DNA of 64,000 nucleotides from Candidatus Uhrbacteria bacterium RIFCSPLOWO2_01_FULL_47_25 (GCA_001791325.1 MGEK01000004.1:8566-72565), one strand, 5' to 3'. Numbered from the stretch's first letter, positions 19,601 through 25,974 are shown. Program-made: numbers and translations. The notes: generated by a model not told the origin, from the sequence alone.

Positions 19601-21356
19601 CGGAATAATCAGTCTTACGGGGGGCACATTTGAGCAGCGAGTAATCGCTAACAAAAATTTTGGTCCAACGACCGCCAGCACCAGCTGGACGTTTAGCACG
19701 CTCATTTTTTCTAACAGCAATGCTGGAGCCACGGAAATTATGATTTTTACTGAACCCTGTAGTACTTGCGGCGTGACCGTTAGCAGTATTCTTTATATTG
19801 GAAAATCTGGCGATGCGGTTGACGCGACAACTACTCTAAATGCTGAAGACAAAATTTGGACACTATCGGGCACGGGCGGCGATCCTTTCCAGATTTTGGC
19901 CTCACCAGCGGGCGATTTAGCGCCAGCTGCTGCCACTTTTGTTTACACTGGCAATAACGAGGCGGGTAATACCACAGTGCAGTCCGAAACCTACATTGGG
20001 TTAGAGTTTAACAACGGTTCAGAAATATATGCCTTGGAAGGGGAAACTAGTGGCAGCACGACAGTGACAATTACTGCCGGCACTTTGAATCTTAATGGAC
20101 AAACATTAACTTCTAACGGCAATCTCATTGTCAATGGTACGTTGTCAGGAGCAACTGATGTTATGGTGAATGGCAATGTTACTGGCAGTGGCATAGTAAC
20201 CTTGACCGGCGGTACGTTTGAGCAGGTTGTGTTTACCGACAAAACGTTTGGCTCAAGCTCTGGTACGAATACGTGGACTTTTAGTGGTTTGAAATTTAAT
20301 AACTCTAGCGGTGCGGCTGGCCGCACGATTACGCCAAACGCCGGTACGGGCGATGTAGTGGTTTCTGGAACACTGACGCTTGGCGACAGCGGAACGCAGA
20401 TAATTACCTTTAATAATGATACTAATGATAGAGTCTTTGACTTGAATGGCGCGATTCTTATATCAACCCAAGGCTCCTTTACTGCTTCAAATAGTGTCGC
20501 GTTCTCTGTAGCAAGTAATTTTACCAATAACGGCGCCTTTGCCCATTCCAGCGGTACCGTGACATTTGACACGACAGGCATAAGCATTCTCGCTGGCACC
20601 GGTTCGCCCGCCATAACTTTTTTCAATTTCACTTCAACCACGGCCGGAAAAACAATCAATTTTACAGCCGGACAAACTTTTAGAATAAACGGCAAATTGA
20701 CTATTTTGGGCGCTGACCTAAATCCGGTTAATCTTCATTCAACTTCATCTCCGACGCTATGGACAATAAATCATCAAGGAACAGAAAGCGTGCAATACGC
20801 CGATATAGACGATAGCGCTTGCGACGGTAGTAGCAACATCAGTCTTGATAGCACGTCCACCGGCACTAACGATGGGACTTGTTGGCTTTTCCCGAGTTTG
20901 TCTTTCACCATCAGTCCGACAAGCGTTAGTCTTAATTTAACATCCCCGACTTTTACTACGACGGCCACTAATACATTGACCGTGACCGCGCGAGCTGAAT
21001 TTGGCTATACTTTGACTGCGTATGAAACTGGCGTGCTAACACATACGGCATATCCGAGCAAGACCATAGATGATTGGACTGGCATCCATCCAACTGGTTC
21101 GGCTTGGTCAAGTACTTGTATCGCGGCAAGTGAATGCGGTTTTGGTTATAATACGAGCGACGCTGATATTGGCATGAGTACTAATTATTCCGCTTTTGCC
21201 GGTTTATTAGACGCGCCCGGCGACGCCGTGGCGAGTTCCTCGGGACCAGTCACTGGCGAGGCCACCACCATCACCTACCGCTCTTCAGTTAGCGCCATTC
21301 AAGCCGCTGGGCCATATCAGACGACCATTATATATATAGTGACGCCACAGTTCTAG
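7686..21356 (+). CDS. giant (4556 aa) cell-surface protein: basic N-terminus plus signal-anchor TM, acidic linker, Ig-like domains, long Thr/Gly-rich parallel beta-helix-type repeats, WxL-like C-terminal domain (likely ATG start at 7695)
   Basis: Single uninterrupted ORF. TM GVIGTVVVVLFISSLF; repeated DFTWGVLVVN.../DYTWGVLAFN... domains; many repeats of ...TFTxxGTxTxSGTVTFDG...; C-terminus shares W...GFGY...AGxYxxTIxYIxTPxF with ORF 23614..24882. Confidence 0.8.
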   Translation: MVKMSKLLGAKKRKNPAHHGRNKPVARGQRQETRAKKRLKERVLGVIQRQVKLRELKVLARRGVIGTVVVVLFISSLFVRAEPNPLLVHEVIYPQSCRGTWQGMNNIFTQELDARAEADDFNKTNSAMPALGEPTVAAVPGKEEYNAFTVSLPILDQQSNVDTLMDQPSDTDQDLQLIIPPIIPSQEESPVENAPSQNTPIEDNDNNSENKSLENAPSEQVLGEEDKADDSSQPVTDEQLSTEKSNEEQEQPLSPPSQPQPQEPLDTQLFPEPETKPLAPPDDTLPMPTEPPATEPSGAEPSSTDQPIINFNNLLDKLINKALAEEDAILNTDTNASTADTNGAETKVDSNSEADGFSVEDIVKSVAEKIGDIVSDSADKVSEIIAPITAEPVDIQNLTPGTPSLETKPEAEDSPSLLGTLFDAVGQAISAITDLISPLPPSVLEAPSFAIQDSNILKTENGTMACADFTPPATTQIEQASLGLSYTLKDQSPLPNEQSGFLWAEYTQDRQNWMILSSIEDTNSSVESAYHLFNFPPDFDAGRISETIVRLRWFGKYDEPEIFIDSLWLDVARLGDSEQEKPSELKTAKKDFAAFEDPVFNLSFDPQVPLSAKRGVIFDNSQSQSIIEKYKERYKQWLESWANFIIQKPLSFARNALAQSPSADQATPNDAALWHETNLDISARLLTKDYGPTDIVPELLRLNSGQFKISLAARAFRPGAYILQTTIQKGESVQTLEQDFTWGVLVVNTDQSVYKTGDEASFFFGVLNDKGETACDATLEAKITDPAGQAVTLATADGTIKSSSSCAKNSVTDTPDYGATYHTTTAGTYALAVTATTVEGSHTITDTFSAQDDLPYRVRRRGASRIYPLAKYEMSIEVTARNDFKGTVTERVPLDFIVTPSSNFVITAVEDAQALTWDVALQAGESQNFTYEYNAPDISPAIFHLGEFSLTASGADQPIFIEPNQWEIASDGLDPVIIHAPEVALRPEVRGKAERLAREVPLPENVPHHTRSMEGNFESRKMNRPVSLALAREQVPPNAKISVVDAYGKEITDGIVVNTEEDTMTVDINPDAKGMRPGKYTLYVTDPDTEEVLAEQDYTWGVLAFNPDYAVYPPNTTANLSFGVLDDAGRVLCDAALVAIIADPSGNETVLGTGDGSIRVNEECYQMEDTQKPDYEANFDTTIPGIYQMTIIAKSKNGERTLNDSFSVDPNAAFYLKRTGPTRTYHPATYNYSLDFTAKEAGTYDITEKVPASFTITGDGFTVTEQDQTKILHWQVTAVAGETKTLAYRFKGPPLSPYLFLLGAAEVKTSSPNQTWVEPREWMLASDNACSSDVDPSGNWNTAGSWTSCGGVVPTTTDTVAIVDGDTITIDSAPNSVISVNINLGGTLNGGSATLNINNTAASGTSFTNSGTWTSSTGTVNFGSDVALTMLSGSFIGSNNFNNITHTFTPTAARTYTVGAAVEIGGNWTSTPGSTSNARDLTINLSGATTVTGTLTLDGRGCNNGAADGTASTTQFSTNGQNLTVRAIVVDGITNGDGCRFTTANSSVVTFTGTGTTTLFTLGQTGSTALMTTGTTTEWDVTSVSGTPTLFSTSGTTITVHILKIAASATIVNLGAAFTIDANSGNKLWINSGILNQENRTITAGASATLQIDSGGTLCLGGTTASTTANCASGATQATAQAMPSFTTYTFDAASTVSYLSNANVVFSSTPNYGNLTLNPVLISTNRTYTPGGAMTINGDFTINPNESFTDTPSLTVDPLNNYTVASGKTTTITKTNAATSVLILPLAVSQYLSTGKLVIASGGTLNGAISSATIIIKDTGAAFTNSGTYTYGLTKVSYTNTTSSTVLGMTGTSGTNGYYDLDINGTGGTHTLGANTTANNATTITAGTLNTSAASSFTLTTSTLSITGGLTANASFINITGAGAAFTKSGTFTYGTSTVEYTNATGATVLSMNNVGSTNAYYTIWVANGSHTLGGDIRVYGDLASVSGTLSDATDSVTVVGSVTCFAAFACGTITFTGGTFTQIVAANQTFGTNASDSTIDWTFNNLTFDSSSGSNTITLGNIGLTGTGQIIVNGTLTIGTGGTMTTLQADTYDRIIDANIVTITSKGILFASSSALFTVAGAFTHTSGGTFTHSNGIVTFDGTAALNFVNNTTTFYDVVVATGVTRTITAGASNVLTIANTLTINGTGRMVSFSSEQLYLTKNGETPLIVGGATAVNGLTLVVYRPAGTATNVAATTYNYLYILPTAATTLTLLGATTVNVNLLVTGPGAGIVATLDTNGQTLNVVGAVVAGFGTPGAVIIGASTVDVDGDVLIWDVSGSYISMTSGSLNVGGNWSNGANSVFTAGTGTVTFDAADAGNTIATGGTDSNHDFYDVIFDNSAGSWIFQTNDVLISNNLTVTNTSATGVNASVNVTVNGSVTGAGVINITNSVTFTQKVAAVSKTFGTTSGANDWTFYNLAFENSSGPRTIDTNGGSGQIIVSNTLTIGNADDSTVTTLDNNTTNDRIIDANIVTITSKGSLTASSSALFTIAGDFTNNGTFTHSSGTVTFDGASANINIPDAGITFYKVIIDISSPNAKTLVNGATIAVMTVANTLTVNGTGALTSGGGNEQVKLTKDGDTGGVPLTVGGATAVSGVAAFIYAPAGAATTVTGTTYSSLTINPTAATTLTLGEAVITSGALYVFGPNSTTAATLNTNNYDLTVGGALFVGAWYLGYADGVVNLGSSTVTVSGDVWIMQDTGSELDAGSSTLTVGGNWVWFSAFSSGGIFTAGTSTVKFNAGDAGNTIDAGAGAFNNVIFDNAAGSWTFQTTAATISGDLTMTAATQVNASVNVTVNGNVSCGVTCGTINITNAVTFTQSVDAAKNFGTSVVDDATVWTFSSLTFTATTDTITTSSNGTGNINVTGTLTISGSTTLDAGDRNWVLSGAGTPFARTGTFTGNTSTFNYTSTTGVDALSSAAMTGSNAYYNLTINSSGDTFTAGVAVAATNKVLVTAGILAMGANALTAGSTGVTDSGQISVASGHSLTSSGTVTIVSSAASTASCLGGTTLPGCTGAVGTLTLSTLVIGDGATTMTTAFGGTTPSMAISTLLNITTNATFTAGTGSTITLSAAGTPITRDGNFRCGTSTVAYTSSTGVDALSSAAMTGDCTTGNAFYNLVINGTNNFPVTNDIIVTNNLTVTAGSLTGTSNVTANSNVACGVTCGSITLTGGTFLQSVGDAKNFGTNVDEDDTWTFNNLTFTATTDTITTSSNGTGNINVTGDLTISGSTTLDAGDRTFVLSGSSGSPFVKTGTFTYNTSTIKYTGTTVTVLSMTGTGGSDGYYNLTVDGTGPFNAGGAIVANNDVTVTSGTLAMGANALTVNGGDISVSGIFSQTAGSATTVVTTGSIGGAGTTTFGELNIGTGSSDQTTTAGGDFTVSGVLTTVSSSSTNNFDASSKTITLSGTGTPFVNNETFTYGTSTIKYTGSDTTTVLAMTGTGGTNGYYKLITQGTGPFNAGGSITANNNINITSGTFAVGGNTLIGANITVDGGSLSATTSGGKIKISGGGDLSVTSGSIVTADVATPVEITSSDTATPTYVGVSVTGASSTINIPELDIDYLKSTGFVVGASVTVTAMDKVRWGGSGGTWNGQAAVGEVLLDATSLTKTLDGHVFPNTWASQGGSDCNVRANTDGTVTMTNFSGTYSGEDYDCDNGGTVTWVSGLSIAGTVYTDEGSTRMTTGPTVRVKVDGAGDFSDVADTTNCPGSSPCGEYLITGVTPTDSGAVLTIYLDDETENATTVTISSGLDLTGIDLYQNRVIVRYETGSSITNTNLDQYDWVNEGDANIDGDIGFQVTAGALTVSKDRELHIWTGKTFTPGGSVTTNTGGSGVGGDVHIVGIFTATTTESHSVGGSWTDTGTFNPASSTVTFAATSGTKTITSTGSSFYNLIINGSGGEFQPQDAMVVTNDLTITAGTLSGTQNVTVNGHAVGTAGIISLTGGTFEQRVIANKNFGPTTASTSWTFSTLIFSNSNAGATEIMIFTEPCSTCGVTVSSILYIGKSGDAVDATTTLNAEDKIWTLSGTGGDPFQILASPAGDLAPAAATFVYTGNNEAGNTTVQSETYIGLEFNNGSEIYALEGETSGSTTVTITAGTLNLNGQTLTSNGNLIVNGTLSGATDVMVNGNVTGSGIVTLTGGTFEQVVFTDKTFGSSSGTNTWTFSGLKFNNSSGAAGRTITPNAGTGDVVVSGTLTLGDSGTQIITFNNDTNDRVFDLNGAILISTQGSFTASNSVAFSVASNFTNNGAFAHSSGTVTFDTTGISILAGTGSPAITFFNFTSTTAGKTINFTAGQTFRINGKLTILGADLNPVNLHSTSSPTLWTINHQGTESVQYADIDDSACDGSSNISLDSTSTGTNDGTCWLFPSLSFTISPTSVSLNLTSPTFTTTATNTLTVTARAEFGYTLTAYETGVLTHTAYPSKTIDDWTGIHPTGSAWSSTCIAASECGFGYNTSDADIGMSTNYSAFAGLLDAPGDAVASSSGPVTGEATTITYRSSVSAIQAAGPYQTTIIYIVTPQF

Positions 21357-21360
21357 TGAA

Positions 21361-21516
21361 GAATATGGAATATTGAATATGGAATATAGGGATGTGCTGT
21401 GAAGAATATGGAATATTGAATATGGAATATAGGGATCGTTGATTTGAGAAAATTAATTGAAGAATATAAAATTTAGAATATAGGGATCGAACGGTGGAGA
21501 ATATTGAATATACATT
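21361..21516 (+). repeat. promoter-proximal block: (GAATATN)4 - 15 bp - (GAATATN)4 - spacer - GAATATAAAATTTAGAATATA - GGGATCGAACGGTGGAGAATATTGAATATACATT. It is near-identical to 26901..27056
   Basis: Direct comparison: 21389-21516 is identical to 26929-27056; the first heptamer arrays differ at 2 positions. Confidence 0.85.
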
Positions 21517-22953
21517 ATGAAAAGTGAGATTAAGTCATTTAGAGATTTGGTGGTATGGCAAAAAGCATCTGCTTTGGCAACTTTGCTGTATAAAGTTACG
21601 GAAAATTTTCCTAAAACAGAAATATATGGAATAACAAGTCAGATGCGACGGGCAGCGGTATCGGTTTCTTCTAATATTGCCGAGGGATTTAAAAGAAATT
21701 CAAAAAAAGAAAAAGTGCAGTTTTATTCAATGGCTTATGGGTCTCTTTCGGAATTGGAAAGTCAAATAGAAATTTCTTTTCGTCTGGAATATTTAACAAT
21801 TACTAACTACGATCAAATTTTATCCGCAATCAACGAAGTTTCTCGACTCCTAGACGGTATTATTAGGTCCACTAATAGAAATTATCAAAGTAGGTTTGAT
21901 GTTCTCGTTGCTGTATCTATATTCTATATTCTATATTCTATATTCCCAATCTCACCGGCTAATGCTGGTGAAATTGGTCTGGCTGTCACAAGAAACCGCT
22001 TTGATATTGAGATGCTCTCGGGCGACACATACAAGGGTGATTTAGCCGTGTATAATAAATCAGCAGACGCCGCCTTGCCTGTGCACGTGGAATTGGCGCT
22101 CTGGAACATTAAAGAGGATTCTGAAGATATTGAGTTTGTTCAAGCGGAGTCATTGCTTAATGCCACACGTTGGTTTGAGGTTCAGCCGAAAGATTTTATT
22201 TTAGACCAAGGCGGCGATAGGCAAATTAAGTTTGAGATCACGGCTCCCAAAGACGCTTCGCCCGGAGCGTACTTGGTAATGATGCGTTTTCAGGCGGTTT
22301 TGCCGGAACATTATTTTTTGAAAGAAGGTCCAAGATTTTTGCCCGAGATTGGCGTTTTGTTTTTCATCAATGTCAGAACACTGGCCATTGACAGCGCGGC
22401 AGAAAATAATCGCTTAAATATCGTTTCATTTGAACCCGAAGGGACGCATCGCTTAACTTTTATTGACCGTTACGTGGTAAGTCCTGCCAATGCTGGCGTA
22501 TTTGACGAAGCAGTAAAAAAATTAGTGGCTAAAATTGAAAATAAAAGCATCTATTATTTTAAAGCCTCCGGCTTTGTCGTTATTAAAAACTTGTTTGGCC
22601 AGACAGTGTCACTCATTAAAATTCCCGAAAAATTTTTACTTCCCAACCGTACTCGCAGCATCCCCATCACCGTTATCACACCACCAACGGAACAATCAAA
22701 ATCCAATATTCTATATTCCATATTCTATATTCTTCAACAACAAACATACCTCGGCCCCTACACCGCGACACTAACGCTCAACGTTCCATCAAGCAATGGG
22801 GGAGTAGAGCCAATTTCAGAATCAATCAATTTCTGGATTATCCCATGGAAGTTTTGGTCGGCCGTTATTATTATAGCGTTGTTAATCGCGTTCATTATAT
22901 TAAAATTGCGGCGTCGGCTTCGGCCGGCACTAAGTGCGCTGATCGGACGCTGA
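21517..22953 (+). CDS. four-helix-bundle (23S rRNA IVS protein / Avd-like) domain fused to TM segment, DUF916-like surface domain and C-terminal TM anchor
   Basis: N-terminus FRDLVVWQKA...FPKTEIYGITSQMRRAAVSVSSNIAEGFKRNS matches the TIGR02436/PF05635 signature. Downstream WFEVQPKDF...VPKDASPGAYLVMMRF and the terminal hydrophobic helix + RRRLR resemble CscA/DUF916 proteins. Confidence 0.7.
   Translation: MKSEIKSFRDLVVWQKASALATLLYKVTENFPKTEIYGITSQMRRAAVSVSSNIAEGFKRNSKKEKVQFYSMAYGSLSELESQIEISFRLEYLTITNYDQILSAINEVSRLLDGIIRSTNRNYQSRFDVLVAVSIFYILYSIFPISPANAGEIGLAVTRNRFDIEMLSGDTYKGDLAVYNKSADAALPVHVELALWNIKEDSEDIEFVQAESLLNATRWFEVQPKDFILDQGGDRQIKFEITAPKDASPGAYLVMMRFQAVLPEHYFLKEGPRFLPEIGVLFFINVRTLAIDSAAENNRLNIVSFEPEGTHRLTFIDRYVVSPANAGVFDEAVKKLVAKIENKSIYYFKASGFVVIKNLFGQTVSLIKIPEKFLLPNRTRSIPITVITPPTEQSKSNILYSIFYILQQQTYLGPYTATLTLNVPSSNGGVEPISESINFWIIPWKFWSAVIIIALLIAFIILKLRRRLRPALSALIGR
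21918..21945 (+). repeat. (TATATTC)4 heptamer array inside the CDS at the 4HB/TM junction (inverted relative to the upstream GAATATN arrays)
   Basis: Read directly; encodes IFYILYSIF. Confidence 0.85.
22705..22732 (+). repeat. second (NATATTC)4 heptamer array inside the same CDS, just before the C-terminal TM anchor
   Basis: AATATTC TATATTC CATATTC TATATTC. Confidence 0.8.
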
Positions 22954-23030
22954 ATATGTGGAACGCTGAATTTACGCTGATAACGACGCTGATCGGACGC
23001 TGAATATGTGGAACGCTGATATTTACGCCG
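22936..23030 (+). repeat. array of about 8 ACGCTGA/ACGCCGA heptamer units (two 45-bp direct repeats) overlapping the last codons of the preceding CDS and ending 1 bp before the GxxExxY start
   Basis: GCGCTGATCGG ACGCTGAATATGTGGA ACGCTGAATTT ACGCTGATAACG ACGCTGATCGG ACGCTGAATATGTGGA ACGCTGATATTT ACGCCGAATGG. Confidence 0.85.
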
Positions 23031-23031
23031 A

Positions 23032-23463
23032 ATGGATATGAACAAGGTTAAGGATTTCTTGTATGAAAAGGAGTCGTATCAGATTAGAGGAGCGTGTTTT
23101 GATGTTTATAAAGCATTTGGTGGAGCATTTAAGGAAAAAATAGTGGATCGGGCGCTTACTAAATCTCTGGCTAAACGCGGATTAAAAGTGGACGAACAAA
23201 AACGTATAAACATTTTGTATGATGGTGAAAAAATTGGTACCTATATTCCCGACAAAATCGTAAATGATGCTATTATTTTAGAAGTGAAGGCAAAAAGTTT
23301 TATCACCAAAGATGATATAGATCAATTTTGGAAATATTTGAAAGGGTCAGACTATAAATTAGGATTCCTTGTAAATTTCGGTCCGGCAAAATTAGAAATA
23401 AAAAGAGTGGTATATGATTCAGCCAGACCAGTTCGGCGTGTTTCGGCGTCCTTATCGGCGTGA
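23032..23463 (+). CDS. GxxExxY family protein (PD-(D/E)XK nuclease-like)
   Basis: YEKESYQIRGACFDVYKAFGGAF...LEVKA...FLVNFGPAKLEIKRV: the family's diagnostic motifs. Confidence 0.75.
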   Translation: MDMNKVKDFLYEKESYQIRGACFDVYKAFGGAFKEKIVDRALTKSLAKRGLKVDEQKRINILYDGEKIGTYIPDKIVNDAIILEVKAKSFITKDDIDQFWKYLKGSDYKLGFLVNFGPAKLEIKRVVYDSARPVRRVSASLSA

Positions 23464-23506
23464 ATCAGCGTTTATATCAGCGTATTCATCAGCGTAAGTC
23501 GGCGGT
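23428..23506 (+). repeat. array of TCGGCGT x3 + TCAGCGT x3 + TCGGCGG (reverse complement of the upstream ACGCTGA/ACGCCGA array), overlapping the GxxExxY 3' end
   Basis: TTCGGCGTG TTTCGGCGTC CTTATCGGCGTG AATCAGCGT TTATATCAGCGT ATTCATCAGCGT AAGTCGGCGG. Confidence 0.85.
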
Positions 23507-23613
23507 ATTATGGTTATCCACAGGCGGGCTTGTGTCAATTCTATTACTTTTATGATATAATTCATTCAATATTAATAAGTCCTAATTATTAAAAATCGTA
23601 ATTCATTCTAAAT

Positions 23614-24882
23614 ATGGTCAAAAAACTACGCAAATATCAACGATTTACAGTAGTTTACGTTTTAATTTTTTCAATAATAACTTTCTTTTCGGGCGCGCAT
23701 ATTTGGGGGCTGTTGCCGCCAGCTCGTGCGGCTGCTCTCACCAGTGTGAAAGACGTGCTCTCGACGTCAGAGTCGGGCGCCAACGCGAACCATACAATTC
23801 AGTTCGTAACTCCTTCAGGAGTACTACTCTCAACCCATACAGTGACACTCACATTTGACGGCTCACCATTGTTTGACGTTAGCGGCCTTGATGAAGATGA
23901 TGTGGATATGAGCGAAGACACTACGGGTGATATTGGCGATTGTGGCTCATTTGCTACGGCTAAGACCACTATAGCTGGAGCACCTGACGGCACCAACTGG
24001 GGTGTTACTTTCTCCGGTCAGACCATTGTATTCACACATCCTTCTGGTGATGATAACCAAGACATTGCCGCCGGTGCGTGTGTTCAGATAAGGATCGGCG
24101 ATGGTACTGTGGCTATGGACTCAGGCACGGGCGATGCTCAGATTAATAATCCGGCTGGTAACGGCGATGGTGTGGCTGAAATTGAAACAATTGACATTGC
24201 CACCGATAGCACCGTAGACGACAGCGGCACAGCTATGACCGCCACCGTAGAGGGTGTGGCCGTGAGTGTTACTGTTGATGAAAGTTTAGCCTTCTCTATA
24301 GCGGTCGTAACATCCGGTAACTGTACAGAAGGCGGAGGCGGGACCGCGGTTACCACGACAGCAACAACCGTGCCGTTTGATAGTATCGCGCTTGCCGTGA
24401 ACACTTTTTATAGAGGTTGCCATGATTTGACGGTGAGCACTAATGCGGCAAACGGCTATACCACAACTGTCGAAGAAAATAAAAGTTTAATTCGCACCGG
24501 TACTGATGGGGGCGACAAGACAATCAATGATGCTATTTGTGATGCGGGTGACGACTGTACCTCGGCCATTGGTGCTGGGACGACGTCGCCTTGGGCCACG
24601 GCCACTGCCAATCACGGTTTTGGCTATACATGCAGTGGCAGCGCTTGTGACGCTGCTTTCGCTACAGCTGCTGAATTTAATGCCTTTCCTTGCCGTAGTT
24701 CAACAGCGTCAGATTGTGATCCTGTTGATGGACCACTGGCTCTGGCTACCCCGATTTCGTCAGGAGGAGTTCCCGTCAGTGCTCAAACTTCAAGAATTGT
24801 ATACAAGCTTTCGTTTTCCGCCACTCAACCGGCTGGAACTTACGGTAACACTATTACCTATATAACAACCCCGACATTTTAG
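23614..24882 (+). CDS. secreted surface protein with WxL-like C-terminal domain (CscB/CscC-like)
   Basis: Signal peptide/TM at N-terminus; C-terminal ~100 aa align with the giant protein's C-terminus (HGFGY...AGTYGNTITYITTPTF vs CGFGY...AGPYQTTIIYIVTPQF). Confidence 0.55.
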   Translation: MVKKLRKYQRFTVVYVLIFSIITFFSGAHIWGLLPPARAAALTSVKDVLSTSESGANANHTIQFVTPSGVLLSTHTVTLTFDGSPLFDVSGLDEDDVDMSEDTTGDIGDCGSFATAKTTIAGAPDGTNWGVTFSGQTIVFTHPSGDDNQDIAAGACVQIRIGDGTVAMDSGTGDAQINNPAGNGDGVAEIETIDIATDSTVDDSGTAMTATVEGVAVSVTVDESLAFSIAVVTSGNCTEGGGGTAVTTTATTVPFDSIALAVNTFYRGCHDLTVSTNAANGYTTTVEENKSLIRTGTDGGDKTINDAICDAGDDCTSAIGAGTTSPWATATANHGFGYTCSGSACDAAFATAAEFNAFPCRSSTASDCDPVDGPLALATPISSGGVPVSAQTSRIVYKLSFSATQPAGTYGNTITYITTPTF

Positions 24883-24959
24883 TTGAGCATTGGACGGTAT
24901 TGAATAATTTAATATCATTATCAACTCCGCCCACATGATACTATAGCGGTAATGTTGTC

Positions 24960-25904
24960 ATGAAAATTCGCTACTCGCCATCATCCTTTATTGCTTTTTT
25001 AGTCGGTGGATTAACGGTGGGCGTGATCATGTCGCCAACCGCAGTGATGGCGCAAGCAGTAAAAACTCTCACTATCTCACCCCTCACTTTTGAACTAACC
25101 GCCAATGCGGGCGAGACTATATCTAATGTCTTAAAGATATATAACAATAACGATTTTAATATATCAGCCAACATTGATGTTGAAGATTTTGCTCCGGCCG
25201 GAGAGACCGGTCAAGCAGTGGTTACCGAACCGCAGGAGGATAATACCTATTCTTTGGCTCGTTGGATTACGGTTGAGGAAGAAACATTTGAAATAGAGGC
25301 ACAAAATTTTCGGCCGATTACTTTTCATGTTAACGTTCCCCTGAACGCCGAGCCGGGAGGGCACTACGGAACAGTACTTGCTTCTATCGCCGATGGTGGT
25401 GGCGAGGGCGGAGTTAGCGTGGCATCTAAAGTAGGCGCGCTTTTACTGCTTCAGGTGGCTGGTACGGCTAAAGAGTCTCTAAACGTCGCCAGTATGGGAG
25501 CGCCGAATTTTTCCGAATACGGGCCCGTAACCATTGCCACGAGATTCCAAAATACTGGCACTGTCCATTTAAAGCCGCGGGGGTTTATTTTAGTGCAAAA
25601 TATGTTTGGCCAAGAAACAGCCAAATTAAATTTAGACCAGAAAAATGTGTTGCCTAACTCGGTGCGTAGGATAGAATCAAAATTAGACGAGAAATGGCTA
25701 TGGGGTAAATATACGGCGACCTTGACGGCGATTTACGGTTCAACCAATGAGCCACTTTCTTACACCACAACTTTTTGGGTGATCCCTTGGCGGGTGAGTT
25801 TGGCTGTCGGCCTCATACTATTGATCGTTTTCATTATTCTTTATCGGGCTCGTCGGCGGATATTTTTGGCGCTCAAAATTCTCTTAAAGGGTGAACATAG
25901 TTGA
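24960..25904 (+). CDS. DUF916/DUF3324-like cell-surface protein with C-terminal membrane anchor (CscA-like)
   Basis: Signal peptide; WITVEEETFEIEAQNFRPITFHVNVPLNAEPGGHYGTVLAS; C-terminal TM LAVGLILLIVFIILY + RARRR. Paralogous to the C-terminal half of 21517..22953. Confidence 0.55.
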   Translation: MKIRYSPSSFIAFLVGGLTVGVIMSPTAVMAQAVKTLTISPLTFELTANAGETISNVLKIYNNNDFNISANIDVEDFAPAGETGQAVVTEPQEDNTYSLARWITVEEETFEIEAQNFRPITFHVNVPLNAEPGGHYGTVLASIADGGGEGGVSVASKVGALLLLQVAGTAKESLNVASMGAPNFSEYGPVTIATRFQNTGTVHLKPRGFILVQNMFGQETAKLNLDQKNVLPNSVRRIESKLDEKWLWGKYTATLTAIYGSTNEPLSYTTTFWVIPWRVSLAVGLILLIVFIILYRARRRIFLALKILLKGEHS

Positions 25905-25974
25905 AGAATATAGAATACAGAATCTAGAATAGAGAACTTGGAACATGGAATTTAAAACATGGAATTTAAAACAC
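25905..25974 (+). repeat. ten tandem 7-bp units (AGAATAT AGAATAC AGAATCT AGAATAG AGAACTT GGAACAT GGAATTT AAAACAT GGAATTT AAAACAC) between the CscA-like gene and the dockerin gene. The dockerin gene start codon lies within the array
   Basis: Strict 7-bp periodicity read directly. Confidence 0.8.

Noticed and set aside
7686-21356. Dozens of minus-strand ORFs (60-250 aa) inside the giant gene
   Set aside because: Val/Pro/Thr-rich antisense translations of the Thr/Gly-rich repeat gene. They have no starts with RBS and no features, so they are antisense artefacts.
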